Source: Candidatus Shapirobacteria bacterium | Lineage (GTDB): Bacteria > Patescibacteriota > Microgenomatia > UBA12405 | Reading direction: 5' to 3' | Length of the DNA: 64,000 nucleotides | NCBI GenBank assembly: GCA_041659325.1 | Contig: JBAZYN010000002.1 | Coordinates: 140,906 to 204,905, forward strand | In this document: positions 45,751 to 53,474 of the stretch, piece after piece | Numbering within the stretch: the first letter of the stretch is position 1 | How the letters are laid out: each line of letters begins with the position of its first letter | Notes under the pieces: model-generated | What the model was told of the DNA's origin: nothing | Databases searched by the model: none | What the model saw: the letters and a program-made list of their open reading frames with translations, nothing else | Made by a program: the position numbers and the translations under genes

Positions 45751-47908
45751 GGCATGAGTAATGTCGTGCCTATTGAAGAATGAGCCTGCGAGTGTTTCTA
45801 ATTACCAAGTTTAATCCCGCTAAGCGGGAGAAGGCGAAGCGAAAGCGAGTCTGAATAAGGCGATTAGGTAATTGGAGATGACCCGAAACCACTTGAGCTA
45901 ACCATGAGCAGGGTGAATGTCAACGAAAGTTGGCAGGAAGCCCGTACGGATCAGAGCTGCAAATCTGTCCGATGACTTGTGGTTAGGGGTAATATGTCAA
46001 TCGAAAGTGGAAATAGCTGGCTCTCTCCGAAATATATATAGGTATAGCGTCAAGTGTTTCTCTTTGGGGGTAGAGCTACTGGATGAATGTTTAAAGGAGC
46101 AATCCTTTGGCATTTAACCAAACTCCGAATACCGAAGAGTATAGCTTGGCAGTCAGTCCGACCGGGATAAGCTGGCCGGGCAAAAGGGGAAGATCCCAGA
46201 CTCACATCTAAGGTCTCTAAATTCATGTTAAGTGGGAAAGGTAGTGATTTTTCTAAGACAGTCAGGAGGTTGGCTCAGAAGCAGCCATCCTTTAAAGAAA
46301 GCGTAATAGCTCACTGATCGACCGTCCGTAGGGATGGTAGAAAAATCGCGCCTAAAATGTAACGAGGCTAAAACATGGTACCGAAGTTGGAGGATCAGGT
46401 GCGTAGCACCAGGAATTACAAAAATTAGTATAAATAAAGTCAGAAGATAATCTTTGAAAATGAATATTTATGCTGTTAGTTTGAAAGAATTAAGTGAACT
46501 ATAAGTCGACTTAGTATTTGAGTTTCATTTTGTAATTTCTAGTGTTGCGCATTTGGTCGGTAGGAGAGCGTTCTGACAGCGGTGAAGCTGTGGCGAAAGC
46601 CTATGTGGAGCGGTCAGAAGTGAGAATGCAGGCATGAGTAACGAAATGCCGGTGAGAATCCGGCACGCCGAAATATCCAAGGTTTCCTCAGCTACGTTGT
46701 TCGTCTGAGGGTTAGGCGATCCTAACACGAGGCCAGTGTAGTGCTGGCGTAGTGGATGGACTACCGGTTAATATTCCGGTCCTTCCTTGAATTCGTTTTA
46801 AGTTGGGGCGTGACGACAGTTGGAAGATTCAGAGTCCGCGTGATCGGGCTTTTAAGTGTTTAGCAAGAAGGGGTTGGAAAATCCGCCTTTTCGTTATAAA
46901 GTGAAGCACGAATAAGAGTTTTCGTGAGAAGACAATTGAATTGCATCCATATGTCCGAGAAAAGCGTCGCAAATAGAATTTAGGGAATTCGTACCCAAAC
47001 CGACACTGGTGGATAAGTCGAGAAGACTAAGGCGATTGGAAGACAGATGATTAAGGAACTTGGCAAATTAACTGGGTGTAAGCTTTGCAAGATACCCTGC
47101 CTCGAATAACATCGAGGCTACAACAAAAGAATGCATGGCGACTGTTTATCAGAAACACAGGTCTCTGCTAACCCGTAAGGGGATGTATAGGGGCTGAAAC
47201 CTGACCGGTGCCAGAAGGTTAAATGAGAGAATAGTTCCGAGCAATCGGAATAGTTTTCGATACAAGCCCTGGTGAACGTCAGCAGTAACTCTAACTGTTC
47301 TAAGGTAGCGAAGTCCTTTGTCGTGTAAGTTACGACCCGTATGAAAGGTTTAACGACTGTGCAACTGTCTTAATCATCTATCCAGTGAAATTGAAAGAGC
47401 GGTGAAGATGCCGTTTAATTACTGTAGGACAAAAAGACCCCATGAAGCTTTACTAGATCTTTACATTGATAAGAATATAATGATTGTCGAGCGTAGGAGG
47501 GAGTCCCGATCGTAAGATCGTGGACGTCAATGGAACACCTCCCTTTGTTATTTTTGAGTCTAACCTATCCCGGTGAAACCCGGGAGGGAACCGTGTATGG
47601 TTGCTAGTTTGCCTGGGGCAGGCACCTGCAAAAAAGTAACGCGGGTACACTAAGGTTGGTTTGGTCCGGCAGGAAATCGGACTGGACGTGCAAAAGCATA
47701 AACCAGCTTGACTGTGAGACTTACTAGTCGAATTCGCCGCAAGGCGAAGTTCCGAACAATTTGATTTCGGAATCAGGGTCGAAAGACGGTTTTAGTGATC
47801 CTCGTGACCCATTTGGTATGGGCACGGGCTTACTGGATAAAAGCTACTCTGGGGATAACAGGCTAGTCGCATCCGATAGTTCATATTGACGATGCGGTTC
47901 GGCACCTC

Positions 47909-48798
47909 AGCCATAAAGGCTGTCGGGGTGGGCGGAAGTAATTCCGTTAGTTTGTTAATCAATGGGTCTTTTTGGTTTTTTATAAGTTTTTTTCAAAAAA
48001 CTTAATATCTAGCTCATAACGGTGAACACCTTAATTGACATTCGGGTAACCTTCGGGTTACTCTTATATGTTCAATGGTCAATACCGTGGGAAGTCTAAC
48101 GAAAGTGCAAAAATCCATTCTTATTGGAAGTCTTTTAGGAGACGGTACAATGAGAAAGAAAATAAATGCATATCTTGAGGTAAATCATGCCTATTCACAA
48201 AAAGTATTAGTGGATTGGAAATATTGCCAATTAAAAAATTTGGTAATAACTCCGCCAAAATGGAGAAGAGGGAATGGAAAGAGAGAAGCTTACCGCTTCT
48301 TTACCCGAAGTTTACCGATTTTAACTCCGTTTTATAATAAATTTTTTATTAACGGGAAGAAAACAATTCCCGATAATTTAAAATTAAATGCTTTGAGTTT
48401 AGCTGTGTGGTTTATGGATGATGGGTCTAAAAGCCGATCATCTATTTATTTAAATACTCAACAGTTTACGGTTGATGAACAAAACCGGCTGATATTTCTT
48501 TTGGAAGATCAGTTTGGAATTAAATCGACTTTAAACAAAGATAAAATTTATTTTCGAATTCGTGTAAGAAGCGAAAGTTCAAAAAAAATGGTAAAAATTA
48601 TTGAAAAATATATTTTGCCCGAACTTAGGTATAAATTGCCAATTGTTATGACCCCGTAACGACTTGTTTTCCGATGTATATCGGGAGACAGATTCATTAT
48701 TTTATAATGGATAATACGCTAGCTCCTACTCTCAATCATATTGAGACAAGAGGATGAAGGGATAGTCTAAGACCATAAGAAATTATGGAATGACATTG
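47909..48798 (+). mobile_element. intron (probably group I) in 23S rRNA, at the GGCACCTC^GATGTCG site (E. coli ~2500 region), encoding a LAGLIDADG homing endonuclease
   Basis: Exon homology with E. coli 23S stops after GGCACCTC (47901-47908) and resumes at GATGTCGACTTGG (48799). The intervening sequence contains the 48075-48659 ORF. Boundaries are ±3 nt. Confidence 0.7.
48075..48659 (+). CDS. LAGLIDADG homing endonuclease (intron-encoded, two-motif monomeric type)
   Basis: Motif 1 SILIGSLLGDGTMRKK and motif 2 LSLAVWFMDDGSKSRS. Located inside the 23S rRNA gene. Confidence 0.85.
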   Translation: MVNTVGSLTKVQKSILIGSLLGDGTMRKKINAYLEVNHAYSQKVLVDWKYCQLKNLVITPPKWRRGNGKREAYRFFTRSLPILTPFYNKFFINGKKTIPDNLKLNALSLAVWFMDDGSKSRSSIYLNTQQFTVDEQNRLIFLLEDQFGIKSTLNKDKIYFRIRVRSESSKKMVKIIEKYILPELRYKLPIVMTP

Positions 48799-49305
48799 CG
48801 ATGTCGACTTGGCGCATCCTGGCCCTGAAGAAGGGGCCAAGGGTTGGTCTGTTCGCCCATTAAAGCGCTGCGTTAGTTGGGTTCAGAGCGTCGCGAGACA
48901 GCTCGGTCTCTATCCACAGTAATCGTTCGATTCTTGAAGGGATTCGTCTACAGTACGAGAGGACCTAGACGAGGAAACCCCTGGTGTGCCAGTTGTTCTG
49001 TCAAGAGCATCGCTGGGTAGCCACGTTTCTATAAGATAACTGCTGAAAGCATCTCAAGCAGGAAGCTGACCCTAAGATAAGGAATCGTGGTCCCGCAAGG
49101 GACGAGAAATCGCCGGGAGACTACCGGTTAATACTTTGCGTGTGTAAGGTCCGTAAGGATTTGAGCTAAGCAAAGGATAGATTGAAGAAATTTATTATTA
49201 ACTACGGTTTTTAGGTAATAGATCGATTGTTGCCTAGAAACCGGTGGCAGCTCAATTTAGAGGTCAAGAAAGAAGTTTTATATTTTGTTGATTTTAGTTT
49301 TTGGA

Positions 49306-49423
49306 TTTCGGTCACTGGAGCGAGGTGGAACCACCTTTTCCCATTTCGAACAGAGAAGTGAAACGCCTCAGCGCTGACAATAGGCTTCCCACAAGGGACT
49401 TTGAAGATAGGTCGTGGCCGAAA
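49306..49423 (+). rRNA. 5S rRNA
   Basis: CCCATTTCGAACAGAGAAGTGAAACGCCTCAGCGCTGA matches the conserved 5S loop C/helix III core. The terminal helix is TTCGGTCAC/GTGGCCGAA. Confidence 0.75.
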
Positions 49424-49495
49424 TCGAGAAACTAAAACGAAACCCTTTCCGGATAAACCGGTATTTCCCTTGAAAAGGGCAAATAAAAAGGGCAA

Positions 49496-49530
49496 AATCC
49501 CTCTAAATCTCCCTTTGACAAGGGAGACTT
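49496..49530. repeat. palindromic element (P5), downstream of 5S rRNA
   Basis: aatccctctaaatctccctttgacaagggagactt. It is preceded at 49466-49478 by a second hairpin, CCCTTGAAAAGGG. Confidence 0.85.
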
Positions 49531-49630
49531 AAGAGAATTGATTCAAATAGATTAAAAAAAGATTTATGTTAATAATTTATTTAGGGTAGACAATCCCGTT
49601 TATTCCCTGATATAGGGGATTTTTTATTAT

Positions 49631-50809
49631 ATGGCTAAAAAAAATAAAGATAGTCAGAAAGTCTCAAAGTCGAAAAGTCTCAAAGTCGAAAAGTCTCAAA
49701 GTCGAAAAGTCTCAAAGTCAAAAGTAGGTGAGGTTTTTTCCATGGCGGATTTGTTGAAACTGGAGGGGTCAATACCACTAGGGCTTAAAAAAGGTCAGGA
49801 TATTAAGGGAAAAATAACTTCGATAAAAAATAAGGCGATATTTATCGACGTAGGCGGGAAAACTGATGCGGTGGTAATGGGGAAAGAGTTTGAATTTGTG
49901 AAAGACTATGTGGCAGATTTGAAAATTGGAGATGAGATAGAAGTTCAGATTAAATCTCCGGAAAATGACAAGGGACAAATTTTGGTATCTATCAGAGGAG
50001 CCGCCTCGGGTTATGGTTGGAATTATTTTAAAGATAAAGAAAAGAGCGGTGGGGAAGTGACGGTTTTTGCGAAAGAACTAAACCGCGGAGGAACGGTGGT
50101 GGTGGCGCCATTTGGATTCTTTGGATTTATTCCGGGCTCTCAAATAGGCGGTAAATACGATGGCGATCCGGAAAAAATGCTGGGGAAGAAAGTTAAGGCG
50201 AAGGTTTTGGAAGTAGACCAGGCCAAAAATAGACTAGTTTTCTCGGAAAGATTGGTGTCTGAGCCCGGTAAGGTGGGCGAAGAAGTGAACGCGATTGAGA
50301 ATCTAAAAATCGGTGATGATTTTGAGGCCGATGTGGTACGGGTGGAGCCATTTGGAATTTTTGTTCGAATTAGTTTTATGGCCGGAGAACAGAAATTGAT
50401 CTTGGAGGGATTGGTGCATATTTCTGAAATTTCATGGGAAAAAGTGGAAAATGTGTCATCGCTGTTTAAAGCCAAAGATAAGATAAAAGTAAAATTAATT
50501 AACAAGAGTGAGGGAAGACTGCAATTTTCCTTGAAGAGAATGTCGTCTGACCCGTGGGAAAAGATTGAGGAAAAATATCCGAAAGAGAAGGAGCTTGAAG
50601 GAGTAGTGGTAAGAATTGCTAATTTCGGCGCCCTGGTAAAACTGGAAAACGGGGTGGAGGGATTGGTTCACATATCAAAACTTATCGGCGGAGTGGTTTT
50701 GAAAGAAGGCGAAAAGGTGCAGGTATATATAGAAAGCGTGGATGTGGCGAAGAGAAAAATTTCTTTGGGACTGGTGGCGATGGATAAGAAGAATGTGATT
50801 TATAAATAG
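49631..50809 (+). CDS. rpsA: 30S ribosomal protein S1-like (four S1 domains) with N-terminal repeat-derived insert
   Basis: S1 motifs FGIFVRISFMAGEQKLILEGLVHISEISW and FGALVKLENGVEGLVHISKL. The N-terminal KSKSLKVEKSQSRKVSKSKVGE is encoded by the AGTCNNAA array at 49653-49725. Confidence 0.7.
   Translation: MAKKNKDSQKVSKSKSLKVEKSQSRKVSKSKVGEVFSMADLLKLEGSIPLGLKKGQDIKGKITSIKNKAIFIDVGGKTDAVVMGKEFEFVKDYVADLKIGDEIEVQIKSPENDKGQILVSIRGAASGYGWNYFKDKEKSGGEVTVFAKELNRGGTVVVAPFGFFGFIPGSQIGGKYDGDPEKMLGKKVKAKVLEVDQAKNRLVFSERLVSEPGKVGEEVNAIENLKIGDDFEADVVRVEPFGIFVRISFMAGEQKLILEGLVHISEISWEKVENVSSLFKAKDKIKVKLINKSEGRLQFSLKRMSSDPWEKIEEKYPKEKELEGVVVRIANFGALVKLENGVEGLVHISKLIGGVVLKEGEKVQVYIESVDVAKRKISLGLVAMDKKNVIYK
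49653..49725. repeat. AGTCNNAA array (A5, in-frame at the rpsA 5' end), 16-nt super-period x3.5
   Basis: (agtctcaa agtcgaaa) x3, then agtctcaa agtcaaa. Confidence 0.9.
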
Positions 50810-50819
50810 GTAAGCTAAT

Positions 50820-50855
50820 GGTCGAAAGTCTAAAAGTCTGAAAGTAGAAAGCTTG
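50820..50855. repeat. AGTCNNAA array (A6, between the rpsA stop and its terminator)
   Basis: ggtcgaa agtctaaa agtctgaa agtagaaa gcttgaaa. Confidence 0.75.
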
Positions 50856-50861
50856 AAAAAA

Positions 50862-50886
50862 GCCCCGCTGAATCGGCGGGGCTTTT
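50862..50886 (+). terminator. rho-independent terminator after rpsA
   Basis: GCCCCGC-TGAATCG-GCGGGGC followed by TTTTATT. Confidence 0.6.
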
Positions 50887-50901
50887 ATTACCGATTGTCC
50901 T

Positions 50902-51363
50902 GTGATAGTATGGGGTATGTCGAATGAAACACCTGTAGAACTGCCGTCATCTTCTTTATCATTGAAAGAAAAATTAAGGCAGGAGATCGAAGGATCAGGG
51001 ATTGATCCAGAGATTGTCAGGGCGGTGGCGCTAAGATCGAAGTATTTGTTGGAGACAGCCGAAGCATCCAGTGAGTTGGATAGATTAAGGGGAGAAGGGT
51101 CGGATGTATCGGGGCTCCGTTATAGGTCGTGTGAACTTAATTTACAGGAAAGTATTGTCAGGAAAGGCACGGCGGATGCATTAGTTGCTATTAAATTTGA
51201 TCCGGGCGATGTGGAGGCTGCGGAGGTGTTAGTGAGTGAAATCAAGGCAAGAGAAAGGGAGCGATGGTCCAAGGAATCGAAAAGAGGCGATGGTTATCCA
51301 AATTATCAGTCTATTGTGGTCCTTGACTGTGTTGTAGAAGCAACGTCGCGTAAGAAAGGCTGA
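50902..51363 (+). CDS. hypothetical protein
   Basis: 153-aa ORF followed by a hairpin (51444-51468, CCCCACCGAATCGGCGGGGTTTTT) resembling the rpsA terminator. Confidence 0.4.
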   Translation: MIVWGMSNETPVELPSSSLSLKEKLRQEIEGSGIDPEIVRAVALRSKYLLETAEASSELDRLRGEGSDVSGLRYRSCELNLQESIVRKGTADALVAIKFDPGDVEAAEVLVSEIKARERERWSKESKRGDGYPNYQSIVVLDCVVEATSRKKG

Positions 51364-51811
51364 ATTTATGGAGGGTTACAATATATGTGGTTTGGATAAT
51401 GGAGATTTTACCAAAGGCGGGCAGGGCAAGGAGGGATCTTGGGAGCCCCACCGAATCGGCGGGGTTTTTGGTATGATATAATGCGATATGGCAGTCGGAG
51501 ATGTAATACGAAGAAACCTTCCATGTAGTGTTTCTGATGGTGAGGCGAGGGTGACTTTTGTGGAAAGTGAGGGTTATTGGACAAAGAAGTGTGAGGGGTG
51601 TGGTCGTTCTGGGGGTAAAGAGGGTTTACCTTGGTTGGAATCTGAAAGTGGGGCGGTAACACCAACAACAGCAGTTAGGGTGACCCGATGTTCGATGGTA
51701 TTAGAGTAAAGGCGCGGATAAGGGGTTGATAAGCGGACTGGTGCACTCTGGTTTTGATGTGCGGATTTCTCTGAGTCAAGATTTCTCCGTACATAACGGT
51801 AAAATTTTGTA

Positions 51812-51886
51812 GGTTTCACCAGAGGGGCTAGGAACGAAGAAAAGCAATGTAATCAGTAAACAGTAACCGGTAATTGGTAAAATAAA
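51812..51886 (+). promoter_or_regulatory. conserved ~75-nt upstream leader (copy 1, before the GT-C glycosyltransferase gene), containing GTAATNN array G4
   Basis: ggtttcaccagaggggctaggaacgaagaaaagcaatgtaatcagtaaacagtaaccggtaattggtaaaataaataa. It is ~90% identical to the 53397-53471 copy. Confidence 0.6.
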
Positions 51887-51889
51887 TAA

Positions 51890-53362
51890 ATGGAGAAAAA
51901 TCGGATGTGGTTTTGGGGAATTATGGTTGCTTGTTTATTGCTGAGTAGTTGGTGGCTTATACAGAATAATTTACTTTTTCATTCAGATGTGGGAAGAGAT
52001 ATGTATTTGCTAAAAGATATCGTGGACAACCGGCATCTGACATTAATCGGACCCAGATCGAGTTTGTCCGGTTTTTTTCACGGACCTTTGTGGTTGTATA
52101 TAAGCTTGCCAGTATTTTTGATAGGGGCGGGAAATCCAGTGGTAATGGCGATTTTTTGGTTGATATTATTGATACTCAGTTGGTGGTTGGTTTATCAAAC
52201 AGGAAGAAGGATGACGGATGAAACGACAGCGATGGTGGCGACAGTATTGGTGGGTAGTGCGACTATTTTAAATAGTCATGCGACGATTAATTCATATGGG
52301 GCAGTAATAATTTTTCCGCTATTTTATTATTGTTTCGGAGAATATATAAGAACAAAGAAAACTAAATATTTGGGTTTGGGGCTGTTGGTTGGCGGGGCAA
52401 TGGTTCAATTTGAAATTGTCTTTGGATTACCAATGCTTTCTGTGTTGATAATATATAGCGTATTTGAGATTTTTAGAAGCCGAAAATGGCGGAATATGTG
52501 GATATATATGTTGTTGTTGGTGCCATTTTCGACATATTTGATATTCGATTTGAGGCACGAGTGGATACAAACAAAAGCAGTTCTGGGGATGTCGGGAGAC
52601 TTTTCGGCATTTAATTGGCCAGATATGATTAATTGGTGGAAATTAATGACAGGAAATAAAATATTGGCCTGGTTTGCGGTAATTGGGGTGATTTGGGTAA
52701 GCTTAATAAAATTTAAAAATAGAAATAATGAATATGATTCATGGTGGTTGTGGGGAGGAACAGTGGTGGTTTTATGGGGAGTGTTGATGGTAATGAAAAT
52801 AGAATCGGTAGATTTTTACTATTTACCTTTGATCTCGGCGATGGCAATGATGATTGCCTGTCTGAAAAATTATTTTAACAAGCGGTTATACTGGGTGTTG
52901 ATAGTGTCGATAGTATCGGTAAACTTGATTAGGGCGGTAAAAGACACGGTGAACTATTCCAGAGATGTAAATCGCCAAGATCAGGCCACTTGGTTGGCAA
53001 ACGTAGAAGCAGGGAATTGGGTAGTGGATCACTGCGGCAATAATTTTGGTTATTTTGTTTATAGCTCGGATCTATATGGTTATTCATTGAGATATATGAT
53101 GGATCATTTGAAGATAAAAGAAGATGTTATTGGAGATTTGAACGTAAAGAAAGAAATAACCTGTTTATTGATGGGCCCAAATTCAATAGAGAACAATTGG
53201 AGCCGGGAAACTTGGAGGGAAAGTGATGTGAAAATTAAAACAAAACCGGCAGAGCTAAAATTATTTGGAAATGGGATATTGGTGGAAAAATATATATTAT
53301 CTGCTGAAGAGCAAAAAATAGCACCAAATCCATTTTTGATTAAGGACGCAGCTTTTAGATAA
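51890..53362 (+). CDS. GT-C superfamily glycosyltransferase (ArnT/PMT-like, polytopic)
   Basis: About 12 TM helices. The first extracytoplasmic loop carries HSDVGRDMYL (an acidic D/E motif after TM1). The overall topology is typical of lipid-linked sugar transferases. Confidence 0.5.
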   Translation: MEKNRMWFWGIMVACLLLSSWWLIQNNLLFHSDVGRDMYLLKDIVDNRHLTLIGPRSSLSGFFHGPLWLYISLPVFLIGAGNPVVMAIFWLILLILSWWLVYQTGRRMTDETTAMVATVLVGSATILNSHATINSYGAVIIFPLFYYCFGEYIRTKKTKYLGLGLLVGGAMVQFEIVFGLPMLSVLIIYSVFEIFRSRKWRNMWIYMLLLVPFSTYLIFDLRHEWIQTKAVLGMSGDFSAFNWPDMINWWKLMTGNKILAWFAVIGVIWVSLIKFKNRNNEYDSWWLWGGTVVVLWGVLMVMKIESVDFYYLPLISAMAMMIACLKNYFNKRLYWVLIVSIVSVNLIRAVKDTVNYSRDVNRQDQATWLANVEAGNWVVDHCGNNFGYFVYSSDLYGYSLRYMMDHLKIKEDVIGDLNVKKEITCLLMGPNSIENNWSRETWRESDVKIKTKPAELKLFGNGILVEKYILSAEEQKIAPNPFLIKDAAFR

Positions 53363-53396
53363 TTATTTGCCCTTAAGATACTATAAATTAAGAAGT

Positions 53397-53471
53397 GGTT
53401 TCACCTGAGGCCCTAGAAACGAAGAAAAGCAATGTAATCAGTAAACAGTAACCTGTAATTGGTAAAATAAA
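53397..53471 (+). promoter_or_regulatory. conserved ~75-nt upstream leader (copy 2, before radA), containing GTAATNN array G5
   Basis: ggtttcacctgaggccctagaaacgaagaaaagcaatgtaatcagtaaacagtaacctgtaattggtaaaataaaggg. Confidence 0.6.
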
Positions 53472-53474
53472 GGG

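Larger units (their letters stand above)
45088..49190 (+). rRNA. 23S rRNA, interrupted by an ~890-nt intron and carrying two further insertions
   Basis: The 5' region GGTGAATGCCTAGG..GAAGGACGC and many conserved blocks match E. coli 23S (GGGGATAACAGGCT, GGCACCTC|...|GATGTCGACT..CATCCTGGCCCTGAAG, GTTCGCCCATTAAAGCG). End coordinates are approximate (±30 nt). Confidence 0.8.

Noticed and set aside
45917-47650. ORFs 45917-46117(+), 46525-46728(-) and 47453-47650(-)
   Set aside because: They lie entirely within the 23S rRNA gene, so they are spurious.
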